64,000 nt of DNA, from the NCBI GenBank assembly GCA_050014435.1, contig JBEKDI010000008.1:13458-77457 (forward strand), given 5' to 3'. The stretch is from Verrucomicrobiota bacterium (GTDB lineage: Bacteria > Verrucomicrobiota > Verrucomicrobiia > Limisphaerales > Palsa-1400). Under the pieces are notes generated by a model. That model was not told the origin of the DNA, ran no database searches, and worked only from the letters and a program-made list of their open reading frames with translations. How positions within the stretch are numbered: the stretch's first letter is position 1; each line of letters opens with the position of its first letter. Both the position numbers and the translations under genes were made by a program. Shown here piece by piece: positions 11,101-24,398 of the stretch.

Positions 11101-12251
11101 ATGCTGACGTTATTGGAATATACCGCGCCAACATCGAGCAAGTAGATCGAATTGGACTCAAGCTGGCCGGTGATGACGTCCGTGCAAGGCTGGCTGAATT
11201 GAACGATGGCTTCCTCGGCATTGAAATCAGGCGCGGCCGGGTTCACGATGGTGGGGAAGGTCTGCGTGAAGTAGCCATCATAATTCCTGGTGTACCTGAC
11301 TTGCGCCGAGATATTCGTATTGCCAAAGTTTGTATTGACGCATACGATATTGTAGTAAACATTTGAAAAATCGCTGGTGGATTCGTAAATGTAAGTCGCG
11401 AAACTGCTGAAATTTGTCAGTACGGGGACGCCGTCTCCGCGCGTTTCGACACCGACGAGTGGCACTGTTCCCCGCGCGACGGCGCCAAGATCGAGCAACC
11501 CCGGCTCCGCGGTTACGTTGGTGATCCCCCACCACAGGTCGAAAAAGGTGGGAGGGGCTATGAAGTAATTGAGAGTGGTGGTCGAGCCTGGGGCCGTAGG
11601 CTCAGGAAAGGCGTCCTGGTCAAGCGACGTCAGGTCATAAGGATCATCGCCCGTCAGGTCTCCGGCGATGAGGATGCTGTTGTTATTGGCGACATGTGTT
11701 CCGAACATCTCCAAAAGGCCATCGGCCCCAACGGTGATGCTCCCGTTCGGACCGTTAAAAACATTGTTAGCCGAGATCAGAACCTCAGATGGATAGGCAA
11801 TCCCGGTGCCGGACTGGAAAAAAGTCGTGCCATTGAAATTGGGGAACTCGGGCGCCGTTGGGGTGTCTACGGCGAGAATCGGACCTTCGTTAAAGAAGGA
11901 TCTGGCGCTGTTGGTGCCGCTGGCCGTCACTGTTTCGAAGAGAAACCCCGGTATCCCGATCATGGCGCCCCCGGTCAGATTCGAATAATACAGAGTGTCC
12001 CGCGTAAAGTAGGGCATTGGGGTTGAAGTATCCAGGTTGACGCCTCCAGCCGCCTGCTCTCCGACGTAGGGAAGCAGGGCCTCAAAAAGGCCGGAGTTTT
12101 CAAAAACGAACGCATCGATCACAGGTGAGTTGGTGACCGTGCCGGTATTGTCATACTCGGGCGATGGCGACGCAAAAGCTGGAAGCCCGAGGGCCACTGC
12201 CGCAAAAACCGCTGTAATTATCTTTTTCATCATCTGGCCGTTCATCGTCAT
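8106..12251 (-). CDS. Large secreted beta-rich hypothetical protein (~1,375 aa); real start probably MKKIITAV near 12230
   Basis: Long ORF with signal peptide MKKIITAVFAAVALGLPAFA; Thr/Asn/Gly-rich; overlaps the upstream gene's stop. Confidence 0.85.
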   Translation of the reverse strand: MTMNGQMMKKIITAVFAAVALGLPAFASPSPEYDNTGTVTNSPVIDAFVFENSGLFEALLPYVGEQAAGGVNLDTSTPMPYFTRDTLYYSNLTGGAMIGIPGFLFETVTASGTNSARSFFNEGPILAVDTPTAPEFPNFNGTTFFQSGTGIAYPSEVLISANNVFNGPNGSITVGADGLLEMFGTHVANNNSILIAGDLTGDDPYDLTSLDQDAFPEPTAPGSTTTLNYFIAPPTFFDLWWGITNVTAEPGLLDLGAVARGTVPLVGVETRGDGVPVLTNFSSFATYIYESTSDFSNVYYNIVCVNTNFGNTNISAQVRYTRNYDGYFTQTFPTIVNPAAPDFNAEEAIVQFSQPCTDVITGQLESNSIYLLDVGAVYSNNVSIFTNAAWLSDYARPAYFEVSTATPGGWAAAQPENDLADVANLANLITGAAPPYSTYTLRNTEGEPYTAASYAVQVGWDPEILDGVFPTADFAPSVLGLDIPDPTQEPARIDIEGSFVDLTGARIRAEGLVTLSAANLAGGATAAVDWGTAIASIGVTNGTLLVSNLFPQSFTRLRGDLFAVSANWIILQTNLNVTNNLFFHLLVVDQSLQGSFNPTVRNLALTGAKSIDLDDPLTVINQAVFNTSNLTINSTVHFTQNASSFAGTNVPMLKILEINTNGVLSVDNVLDLGLDPTDNQISPVNRQYDILGIGNFGQIYAATPLFQSAVFENDGFITTSNSSSMTIEAQTLDMGLVLTNQTNYMLVDGNLILSAANIGATNSFIYTGLGNMTGGGSLTLQTAPDGQITDFVPNTPTTSTGSVNFWRVNDGFNLPVKPATGDLYGTEIQTIATNGTTAQHLWAGNGDYTNVADGFANNVVIGHLLLSWQSTNALLSFKGAGANNGMYVDYLDFDSNSLYGASGFSFSSGPNGLSIASNLTIYFADCNHDISKVTGAFPGRLVWVSNFWGPDSSTLITNASNGQVCLVSDAVVKSVDPFWPGDHNPFPLNPPSPPSPPGAWYFGDNNECPAVTLTAENASGSPANFTKETAASLKGTYSGLFIDTNQPLPSPANSGYFTFTLSKAGAYSGRLFMGPTTFTFSGSGSNKFTSTNAVQVIAKHGSQSLAVGLQLVNDPDGAAGVQGYVSNETWVAQLQGDLKPAWTAKSPSPYAGRYTLVLTNTGTNNVPGGDSYATLTVSKQGVLSLAGNLADGNDFSQSVPISQNGLWPFYAYSAEGGDFLLGWISFQSSDSGWVALQNSDATGVAIGETNIFWSKAPSVHDRYYPAGFINTYNVAASPYVFLGKDSSIISLTNPVVILSGGGLGLVTGSVAYNGKLKYSTNNLTLNINPTLGSFSGRFQDSADGPSIKLGGVVLQNQDGGGGFGYFLGTNNESGVVLLQNQ

Positions 12252-13774
12252 GGTGTTCCAGACGTCGCCGTCGTTGTTGTATTGGTCGTAATAATAGTGG
12301 ACACCGGGACAAAAGTGTTCAGTTCCGTCTCCTGGCCTGCGCTCAAAACCTGGGCCTCAATCTGGGCAAGGCTCGTTCCGTTCGGGAAAGGAATCGGGGT
12401 GTTGGTGGAACCATTGAAGGAAGCCCAAATAAAACCCAGGTCGATGGCGGTGTTCTGATCATAAAACTGCGTGCCTTCGTTATAATAGACCTGTCCGGAA
12501 TTGTTGAACGTGACCACCATTTCCGGCGAGATGACGCTCGGGGTGACTACGACGGCGCCGACACTTGCCGCCCCGGGGGATACTTCGTCGCCATAGGTGA
12601 TGAAATTACCGGACCTGACCAGAGTCTCCTGGAAAGGAGACGGGCCGGGGAAAGTTAAATCTCCCGCAGTGAATACAATATCGGGGGTGGTGACGACGCG
12701 CGTCACTGTAAGACGCTGCACCGTGTTGTTTGTAGCCCAGGGAATTGAATACTGATAAGTTATGGGGGCAAAACTGGTGCCCAGTTCGGAGTCATAAGGT
12801 GTTTTAACAAAAGTGATCTTTTCGACCCCGCCGAGCAGGGCGGAGAAAGTTCCGCCGATGCCGATGCCGTTGGAGGCTTGCAGACTGATCGGGTTATAGG
12901 TGCCTGACGTAGTGGTGACGGTCACATTGGCGTCCAAGCCCTCATTGACATACCGGTCGCGGCGATAGAGGTAGCGGAGACCGCCCATGTCATCCCGGGT
13001 GATGCGCAAATAATAGCCGCCGACCTGCAGAGCCTCGCGCGTAGCCACGCAGCTAAACTGAGGCGCCCCCGCCTGCACGGCCTGCTCCATGGCATCACCC
13101 ACGTCAACCGTCGGGTTTAAACAGCCGATTTGGTAGGTCAGGAGCGTGCCATTGACGTACTGGCTTGGGTCGTAAGTGATGGGGTCGAAATTCCTCTGTA
13201 AAACGACGATGTCAAAGGCGCAAGGATCGGTCGAACCCGGCTCTGTGACACGCTCGCGCAAATCGTAAGTATGAGTTTCGCCAATCAATCCCATGTGCTC
13301 CATCATCAGCCACATCACGGTGGACTTGAGGTCAAGCATCCTCATGGCTTGGGCGGAGTAATTGACCTGCTGGTTGCCCTGCGTGGCAAATTGCTTCAAA
13401 TTGGCGCTGGAGGCCGCAGGCAGACCGTTGAGCACGGCGAAGGCCGAATCGACCGCCGCCACGCCCTGGGCGCCGAAATAGCTCAGGAACGTGTAATCAA
13501 AACTGTAAGTGATGATGGGAACGTTTAGCCGCGACCCTTCGCCGAGGTTCTTGGTCCCGCCGAGTTCTGTGTTGATCGAGAAAAGCGACCCAGGCCCCTG
13601 AACCTGTTCCAGCACGATGTCGGGCATCGGATAGGACGGCAAATATCGAATGCCATAATCCAAATCCTGTGTCTGCCATGTTTCGGCTGGACCCCACATG
13701 GAAAATCCGAATGCGTTGCCAGCGGCGGTCAGCCCCAAAGCCAGGCAGATAAATCTTTTCAAAATGCGTGTCAT
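12248..13774 (-). CDS. Secreted protein with a degenerate matrixin (M10 metzincin)-like domain
   Basis: Signal peptide; IITYSFD, AVDSAFAVLN and ITRDDMGGLRYLY resemble M10 elements, but the Zn motif position reads MWLMMEHMGL. Confidence 0.75.
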   Translation of the reverse strand: MTRILKRFICLALGLTAAGNAFGFSMWGPAETWQTQDLDYGIRYLPSYPMPDIVLEQVQGPGSLFSINTELGGTKNLGEGSRLNVPIITYSFDYTFLSYFGAQGVAAVDSAFAVLNGLPAASSANLKQFATQGNQQVNYSAQAMRMLDLKSTVMWLMMEHMGLIGETHTYDLRERVTEPGSTDPCAFDIVVLQRNFDPITYDPSQYVNGTLLTYQIGCLNPTVDVGDAMEQAVQAGAPQFSCVATREALQVGGYYLRITRDDMGGLRYLYRRDRYVNEGLDANVTVTTTSGTYNPISLQASNGIGIGGTFSALLGGVEKITFVKTPYDSELGTSFAPITYQYSIPWATNNTVQRLTVTRVVTTPDIVFTAGDLTFPGPSPFQETLVRSGNFITYGDEVSPGAASVGAVVVTPSVISPEMVVTFNNSGQVYYNEGTQFYDQNTAIDLGFIWASFNGSTNTPIPFPNGTSLAQIEAQVLSAGQETELNTFVPVSTIITTNTTTTATSGTP

Positions 13775-13796
13775 ATAAAATAAAAGCTCGCCGCGG

Positions 13797-15557
13797 TTAC
13801 GGTGATGAACTCAGGATATAGGCTTGTCCGTAGAGATCAAAACCGCTGGCGCCGACGAAGCTCGTCCAGGCGACGAGGAAGTGGTCCACGCCGTTCCAAG
13901 CCACCGCCGGCTGCATTTGCTGGCTGATCCAGGTGGTGTTGACCTGAAACTCCGCGCCGGCAACCTGGGTGCCTCCGGTGAGGAAGCGGCCGAACACACC
14001 TTCACGGGAGCCATCCTGGCCAAGACTGGTCCAGACCACCAGGCTGCCTGAAGGACCGGCGGCGATCTTGGGCGCGTACTGGTCGCCGTACAAATAGGTG
14101 TTGATCCTAAAATCGCTGACTTCCGGCGAACCAGTGGCTGAAAAGGCGCGCCCCCAAACGTCCCAACCGTTCGTTAGCACGACGGCATCCCGCTGCGCCC
14201 AGACAACGGTGAATCCTCCGTCGTTCAAGGGCGCCACAGCCGGAGAATCGCAAGGGCTTGTGCCCGAGTTGACCGCGATTTCATCCGTGACCGGGGCTCC
14301 AGCGGGGGAAAAGACTCGCGCATAAACATCCACACTGTTGAACGAGCGTTCCTGTTCGGAAACCCAGGCGATGACATAATTTCCGCCGGCCAGGGTGGCC
14401 ACGGCTGGGTTGCGCTGATTATAGGCGGCGTATTGCGTCACGAGGAATTGCTTTGTATATCCGTCATTTTCGGCCTTGGTGGCTCTCCCGGCCGCGGTCA
14501 GTCTGCGCGCATAAATCCCCCACATGTTGCCACTGCCGTTCTCACCGTAACTGGCCCACGTAATGATCGCGCTGCCATCGGGCAGGGCGGCCACGGCTGG
14601 ATTCACCTGCTGGTCAGCCGTGTAGGTGTTGACCTGGATGTCGCCGGTGTAGAAGTTGGTGCCGTAGGCGGCGGCCCCTTCCCCGGTGTTTTTGGAGAAA
14701 CGCGCGTAAATATAGGGCCTGCCGTCCACCGTCACGCTGCCCTGCCAGACAAAGATGATGTTGCCGTTGGCGAGCAATTGCACTTGGGGATTAAGCTGGC
14801 TTCCGGCAACAACTTTATTGACACGAATGGGCTGGCCCGCATTGAAGCCGGGGGCGGGCCCCAGAAGGGTTGCGCCAACCCCGCCTCCCTTGCGGTCAAT
14901 CCAATTGTCCTGCCAGGCGATGCAGCCGCCGGAGGCAGACATAGAAAGAGACGGCCACACTTGATCGCCCGGACGGGCGCCCAATATCGAGAATTCCGAC
15001 CCCTGGGCCACGACCGGATTATTCACGAAGTTGGCCACAAGGTCCACATTGTTGCCGAGGGTGAAGGTGTAGCTGGCGTTTGTGTCAACCACGGAACCGT
15101 CCAACGTCCAGTTGGTGAAAGCGAAGCCGTTGTTGTTCACGGCCGTCACGGTGACTGACGTGTTGGACGCATATATTCCTCCGCCGCCGACCGTGCCGTC
15201 CTGCGCTGGCGAGGCGCTGACCGCGACCGTGAGAGCCGGCCCGAAGTTGGCCACCAGCGCCACGTTGGTGTCGAGCGTGAAGGTGTAATTGGTCGAAGAA
15301 CTCACCGCCACCCCATTGGACGTCCAGTCTATGAAGGAGTAGCCGTTGTTGGTCGCGGCTTTGACTGTATTGGTGGTGCCCGCCTGATTTGTCCCGCCGC
15401 CACTGACGACGCCGTCGCCGGGAGGCGAGGCGCTCAGTGAAATGGTGTAATTGGTCTGCCCGAAAAGCGCCATCGAAAAGGCAAGGAAAGCCCCCCCGAC
15501 GCAGAGACTTTTTGGGACCCGAAATGTTTCGAACATATTTTTAATATTCTTTATCAA
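13797..15557 (-). CDS. Secreted protein with two InlB B-repeat-like domains and EFxVNT-type repeats
   Basis: Two copies of xSASPxxDGxVxGGG...NNGxxFxxWTxxG...YTFTL...LVANF, then repeated IQVNTY/FRINTY/FQVNTT-QxxPAVA units. Confidence 0.8.
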   Translation of the reverse strand: MIKNIKNMFETFRVPKSLCVGGAFLAFSMALFGQTNYTISLSASPPGDGVVSGGGTNQAGTTNTVKAATNNGYSFIDWTSNGVAVSSSTNYTFTLDTNVALVANFGPALTVAVSASPAQDGTVGGGGIYASNTSVTVTAVNNNGFAFTNWTLDGSVVDTNASYTFTLGNNVDLVANFVNNPVVAQGSEFSILGARPGDQVWPSLSMSASGGCIAWQDNWIDRKGGGVGATLLGPAPGFNAGQPIRVNKVVAGSQLNPQVQLLANGNIIFVWQGSVTVDGRPYIYARFSKNTGEGAAAYGTNFYTGDIQVNTYTADQQVNPAVAALPDGSAIITWASYGENGSGNMWGIYARRLTAAGRATKAENDGYTKQFLVTQYAAYNQRNPAVATLAGGNYVIAWVSEQERSFNSVDVYARVFSPAGAPVTDEIAVNSGTSPCDSPAVAPLNDGGFTVVWAQRDAVVLTNGWDVWGRAFSATGSPEVSDFRINTYLYGDQYAPKIAAGPSGSLVVWTSLGQDGSREGVFGRFLTGGTQVAGAEFQVNTTWISQQMQPAVAWNGVDHFLVAWTSFVGASGFDLYGQAYILSSSP

Positions 15558-15599
15558 AACTTTAGCGTTTGTCCATGCCTTCGTTGATTTTCATGGTAT

Positions 15600-16577
15600 T
15601 CAACGGCCCTGGCCTTGCGCGAGAAGACCGGCGTCCTGACAAGCCTCCGCGTCTGTTCCATTGAAAAGATCCGCCGCCTTGGGGCTGGTCTTGACCAACT
15701 CGGACAGCAAGGTCTTAAACCCCCAACCTGTAAAGAGCTTGCTCAATTCACCGTCATTACCTGGTTTGACAATGAGAGCGTCCAAAGTCACCTCGCATGT
15801 CGTCTCCGCCTTTAAACACACCAGTTGCTGATTGCGGCGCGCCAATCCCTCGGACACCCGCAAACTCTCCCGCAGCCGGTCCGACCCGACCTCGGGCAGC
15901 CGGCGGAACAATTCATCAATGGAGCCAAACTGGCGTAACAAATCTGTAGCAGTCTTCGGGCCAACCCCAGGCACGCCGGGGATATTGTCGACGGCGTCGC
16001 CGATCAGACTGAGCCAATCGACTATTTGCGTGGGTTCCACGCCGGTTTTGCGTTTGACCTCTTCCACACCGCACAAGGCGCCGGTTTTTTCGTGCGGGTT
16101 GAGCAATTTGACCTTGGGAGAAACCAACTGCATGAAGTCCTTGTCCGAACTGGCGATGACGACCTCCCACCGCCTTTGCGAGGCTTGCCGGGTAATCGAG
16201 GCGATACAATCATCGGCTTCGCATGCTTGCTTGAGGTAAGAGAAGACGTTTGCGGCGCGCAAGTACGCCACGATCGGATCCAGCTGCAGACGCAGGTCCG
16301 AAGGCATTGCGGGGCGTTGCGCCTTATAGTCGGGCAACAGCGTCATGCGCTCCGGGGCCAAGCCTCCATCCCAAATCACGATGGCATGAGAAGGGAGTAC
16401 ACGGTCGCGCGCCTTGGCCAGCATGCGGATGAAGCCATAGATGGCGTTGGTGGCCTGGCCGGCGGGCGATGAGAGCGACCGAATGGCAAAAAAGGCGCGG
16501 TAAGCGTAGGCATGGCCATCGATGATGAGAAGCCGCCCCGCAGTGGCTGAGTCTTCAGATATGAGGCCATTTTGCAT
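15600..16577 (-). CDS. Stand-alone 5'-3' exonuclease (PolA N-terminal/FEN family)
   Basis: LLIIDGHAYAYRAFFA, YKAQR, EADD, SSDKDFMQL, LIGDAVDNIPGVPGVGPKTA (H3TH); no polymerase domain. Confidence 0.93.
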   Translation of the reverse strand: MQNGLISEDSATAGRLLIIDGHAYAYRAFFAIRSLSSPAGQATNAIYGFIRMLAKARDRVLPSHAIVIWDGGLAPERMTLLPDYKAQRPAMPSDLRLQLDPIVAYLRAANVFSYLKQACEADDCIASITRQASQRRWEVVIASSDKDFMQLVSPKVKLLNPHEKTGALCGVEEVKRKTGVEPTQIVDWLSLIGDAVDNIPGVPGVGPKTATDLLRQFGSIDELFRRLPEVGSDRLRESLRVSEGLARRNQQLVCLKAETTCEVTLDALIVKPGNDGELSKLFTGWGFKTLLSELVKTSPKAADLFNGTDAEACQDAGLLAQGQGR

Positions 16578-16652
16578 TAAAAAGGATCATTTTTCGCGCG
16601 ACTTTTAGCCCGGCGCGATATTCAGATGTTCAATAAATGCATCAGCGCCGCC

Positions 16653-19462
<2,810 letters not shown>

Positions 19463-19463
<1 letters not shown>

Positions 19464-20230
19464 CACGGGTTTCCGTTTAATTTGATCGTTGTTATTTTGG
19501 TGTTCTTAATGGATTGCACTCTAACGAGATTGTTTGTGATTTCAACAACTTTATATTGCTCGTTGTCCAGAGTGAAAGTTTCGTCCACGCGCTGTTTGGA
19601 CAGCGTGCGCGATTCCGGGTCGTACTTCATGTCGGCCAAATATCCATCAACTCGTTTATAGGGGTTATTGGTGTCGATCCAAACCGTTTCCTGGCTTTCC
19701 GGAATCTCCAGCTTTAATCTGTTTGGGTTGTCCACAGCACCTTCGATGCCGCGGATAATATAAAGCCCGGATTTTGTCTTTTCGCCAACCTTCGCAAACT
19801 CCGTCCCCCGCCGCGCCGAATGCGTCTGGATGTTCATAATGTAAACCCCGCCGTTAGGGCTGGGGTGGTCATAGGCGATCACGGTGTAAAGCGGCGAGAT
19901 GTTCGTCACGGTCAGGGCGTCAGGGCCCGTTTTGAGGATTTTGAGCAATTCGCCATTGGCTTTTCTTCTCCAAGTGACGGGATTGAACAGATTATGGTCG
20001 CCTGACAAGATAAGCGGCGGCGAATTGGTGATCTGCGCCAGGGCGAGCAGGTCCGTGCTCAGATTGAGTGGAACGACCGTGCTGTTCTTGTGCGGGCTCT
20101 CCGCAGGCGGCTGGTTGACTTCCTCCTTCAGCTTTGAAATCACGGCGCCCATCCAGACTGACGCGGCCGCCAAACTCAGCAACACCACGCACAGGATGAT
20201 TTTCTCGTAATGTTTCTTGAGGAACTGCAT
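19463..20230 (-). CDS. Pilus-system accessory protein (Amuc_1099-like position), N-terminal TM anchor
   Basis: MQFLKKHYEKIIL followed by a hydrophobic helix; translationally coupled between the Amuc_1100-like gene and the secretin. Confidence 0.7.
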
Positions 20231-21234
20231 TAGTGCTCCGATGCTTTGAGTTTCACCACATCAATTGACATGATCACCGTCAACGGGTTTTCGGACAGGA
20301 TTGTGACCACCGAAGGCGTGGTTGCCCCAGGCGTGGGAGCCGTGGCGGCAGGGGGAGCGTTCACGGGAGCCCGTTGTCTGATCCACGGGGGAGCCCCCCG
20401 GTTGGCTCCTCGATTTTGCCCATATTGCCCATATGGGTTTTGTGCCGGACTGGAGTATTGCGGCCGAACGATGGCAGGCGCCGTTTGCGGGGCCGGTTGA
20501 TAGATCTGCGTTTGCACGGAAGTGTCCGGGCCAATTGCGAGAGCTTCAATTATGAAACAATTGCTGGATCGCGCAAATCCCTCCATGACGGCGGCAATTT
20601 CGGCGCTAAAGCCGCGGAAGGTGATTTTGTAGGGAGTAACAACTCCCCACTGATTGGTCACGGATATGGCCGGAAGTAAATCGCCGGTTCCGCTGTCATC
20701 CGACGAAACAGGCACCCGTTGCAAACCACTGAGGTAGTTGATCTTGGCGCGATAGAGGATGTCCAGAATGGCGTCGATTTCCTCCAATTCATCCATCCAA
20801 GGCCGAATATTGCCGACGTTGTAGGTCAGCTTGCCAATCAAACCGGAGAAGCCGAATGAGTAATCAGGAGGTAATTCAACTCCCGCGTTGGTGGCTCCGT
20901 TTCGAAAACGGATTAGAGTCTCTCCCAGGTAAGTTTGGAACCCCTGTTCATCCTTCGCAGGCGGCACTGGAAAGGAGGAAAAACTCTTTCTGAAATCAGC
21001 CAGAAACAGGCGCACGCGTTCTTGATCCGCCTTGGCGGCCTTGATGTTATCCTTGTTCGGATAGGGCGATTTCTGTTGCATCGCCTGCAGACTGTCGGAG
21101 GTGTTTTTGTAATCCTCGCTCACCGCGGCATTGTTGCTCAGGGAATTGAAAAGAAGCCATGCGCAATAGCCGGTCAGCGCCAACCCGGCGACCACGCTGA
21201 TGACGAAGAACAAGTTGCGTTTGATCCAGGTCAT
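20230..21234 (-). CDS. Amuc_1100-family (PilO-like) pilus-associated protein
   Basis: MTWIKRNLFF plus TM helix, coiled coil, YSFGFS, YKITFRGFS; lies directly after pilM. Confidence 0.75.
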   Translation of the reverse strand: MTWIKRNLFFVISVVAGLALTGYCAWLLFNSLSNNAAVSEDYKNTSDSLQAMQQKSPYPNKDNIKAAKADQERVRLFLADFRKSFSSFPVPPAKDEQGFQTYLGETLIRFRNGATNAGVELPPDYSFGFSGLIGKLTYNVGNIRPWMDELEEIDAILDILYRAKINYLSGLQRVPVSSDDSGTGDLLPAISVTNQWGVVTPYKITFRGFSAEIAAVMEGFARSSNCFIIEALAIGPDTSVQTQIYQPAPQTAPAIVRPQYSSPAQNPYGQYGQNRGANRGAPPWIRQRAPVNAPPAATAPTPGATTPSVVTILSENPLTVIMSIDVVKLKASEH

Positions 21235-21236
21235 GC

Positions 21237-23126
21237 TCAGAGTTTGAGAGGCTGCTTCAGTTCCAGCGTTAAATAGAAACTGAAAGTGTTGGAATTGGCA
21301 TCCAGGCTGATGGTTGGGCCCAGTGCGCTTTTGCCGGTAAAATAGGGGCTATTCGTCACATTTTGCAAAACAGTGTAGGCCAGATCCGAATTGGCCGAAG
21401 GCGACAGGTCCAAGCGGCTCACTCCGCGACAAAGAAGTGATACGGTGCTGATAGCATTTCCCGACGACGCCGTGCCCGCCGACATTAGCGGACCAGCGGC
21501 TTGGGGAACACGGCCCCGGCTCATTGCCGCACCGCCGCCGCGGTACCTCCCCCCTCCTCCACCGCCCGCGCCCGGTCCGCCGCCCATCGCCGGCTCGGCG
21601 CCTGAGGAAAGGTTGCCGCCAAAGGAGACGCCGCCGGGCAAAAGCGGAGAGAACGTCACCACCCATACCCCCGTGTCCGCATTCGTGCCGCTGTTCTCAA
21701 GGGTCTGAAAACTTGCTTTGGCCTGCGCTTCTGATTTCATCAATACCGACCGCAACTCCGTCAAGAGTTTGATCCAAAACACGCGGTTTTCAGCCAAATC
21801 CGCCATTTGGTCGGCAGACTTCAGGATTTGAGTCCGCTGAATCATGGCCGAGTCCAATTGCTGGCTTAACGCCGTCAATGCGGCCAGCGGCTCCTTGATC
21901 GCCTGCAACCTATCGCTGCGAACGCTTCCGATACGCTTTTCGGCCAAATACAGGGCGAAAACCACCAGCGCCAGACTGAACACCGAGGCGACCAGATAGG
22001 GCTTCTTGTGGGCGAATTCCTGCCGCTGAATCGAGCTTTTGGGCATCAAATTCAACTCCACGGGGCAGTGGGCCAAATCCCGCAAACCCAAGCCGACTAC
22101 TTCGCCAAAGGAGTGGGCGTACTTGGAAAGCTCCTCCAAATCCAAGCCGGGGTCGAGTTCGATATTGCGGAATGGGTTAAAGTAGTCCACGGGCAAATTG
22201 AGCTTCTCCGCAAAGAATTGGGCGGTGTAGGGCATGATGGATGCGCCGCCGGAAAGGAACAGCCGTTGCGGAGCCGACCCGCCCTGTTGGCCGCGAAAGA
22301 ATTGAATTGTCTGATTCACCTGGATATGCAGCCGGGTCATGACCTGCCGGGCAATCTTTGAAATGGCCGCGGCTTGAGGATCCTCCGGCTCCGCGTAAGC
22401 GCCCCCCAGGCTGACCGAGCCTTTTTCGATCTTCACTGCCTCTGCTTCTGGAAAGCGCATTTTGGATTCATTGGCGAAATCCTGGGTAATGGAATTGGCC
22501 CCGATGTTGATGCTGCGGGAATAGACTTTGCCCTTTTCGAAGAAAAGCAGATTGCTGGTCTTGGCGCCAATATCCAGCAACATTGTGCAGCCGTCCAGAT
22601 CGCCATAATTGTAGCGGAACGCGTTGCACAGGGCGGCGGGAGAGGCATCTACCAGCTTGAGGCGCAAGCCGGAGCCTTCGGCGGCCCGGAACAAGCCTTC
22701 GACAATTTCCGATTTGACCGCCACCAGCAGCACCTCCAGCTCATTGGTGGCGGAGGTGCCCAGGATCTGATAATCCCACACCACCTCGTCCAGCGGAAAT
22801 GGCACATTTTGCTGGGCCTCGTAACGGATGATTTGCGTCACCTTGGAAGTATCCACAGGAGGCAGCTTGACAAACTTGGAGAAAACGTGAAAACCCGGCG
22901 CGCAAACATTGATCTGCCTGGCGCCGAAATGCCGTTCTGACAACAATTCCTGCAACGCCTTCTGGATGGCACCCTCCCGCGTCGATTCCTGGGAGCCTTC
23001 CAAGCCGAGCGCCTTGATTCCAAATTGCTTCAGCCGCAAGCCTCCGGCTTCGTTTTGCTCAAACTCCGCCAGCTTTAAACTTCCAGCCCCAAAATCGCCC
23101 GCCAAAAATGACTTCGAATTTAACAT
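21237..23126 (-). CDS. pilM: Type IV pilus assembly protein PilM fused to a PilN-like C-terminal domain
   Basis: Actin-like motifs DFGAGSLK, EAQQNVPFPL, LDIGAKTS, LSGGAS, then the PilN-like LNLMP motif, a TM helix and a periplasmic domain. Confidence 0.9.
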   Translation of the reverse strand: MLNSKSFLAGDFGAGSLKLAEFEQNEAGGLRLKQFGIKALGLEGSQESTREGAIQKALQELLSERHFGARQINVCAPGFHVFSKFVKLPPVDTSKVTQIIRYEAQQNVPFPLDEVVWDYQILGTSATNELEVLLVAVKSEIVEGLFRAAEGSGLRLKLVDASPAALCNAFRYNYGDLDGCTMLLDIGAKTSNLLFFEKGKVYSRSINIGANSITQDFANESKMRFPEAEAVKIEKGSVSLGGAYAEPEDPQAAAISKIARQVMTRLHIQVNQTIQFFRGQQGGSAPQRLFLSGGASIMPYTAQFFAEKLNLPVDYFNPFRNIELDPGLDLEELSKYAHSFGEVVGLGLRDLAHCPVELNLMPKSSIQRQEFAHKKPYLVASVFSLALVVFALYLAEKRIGSVRSDRLQAIKEPLAALTALSQQLDSAMIQRTQILKSADQMADLAENRVFWIKLLTELRSVLMKSEAQAKASFQTLENSGTNADTGVWVVTFSPLLPGGVSFGGNLSSGAEPAMGGGPGAGGGGGGRYRGGGAAMSRGRVPQAAGPLMSAGTASSGNAISTVSLLCRGVSRLDLSPSANSDLAYTVLQNVTNSPYFTGKSALGPTISLDANSNTFSFYLTLELKQPLKL

Positions 23127-23416
23127 TAATTCGCTTATGCCTCGAGTAACCGATCCGTTCCCTCAATGGATTGTCCTAGACTCATTTCAAAAGTCCGTGC
23201 TAGTTACTGCAAATCGGGCAAGCGGTCAATTGTTTTGATATAGAATTCTAATTCTTAGCTGGTTGCGTGCCACGAAGCCCCGCCATTTCCCGACCAGCCT
23301 TCTCAATCCAGCTCAAAAAAAAATCGCGGCGGCCTTTTTAACGCGTCCTGCCACGCCCTGTTTTGCTTTAATTTCACGCAAAATGCGTGAAACTGCCGCA
23401 CCCCTTCCGCTTGCCG

Positions 23417-24385
<969 letters not shown>

Positions 24386-24398
24386 GGTGCAATTTGGC

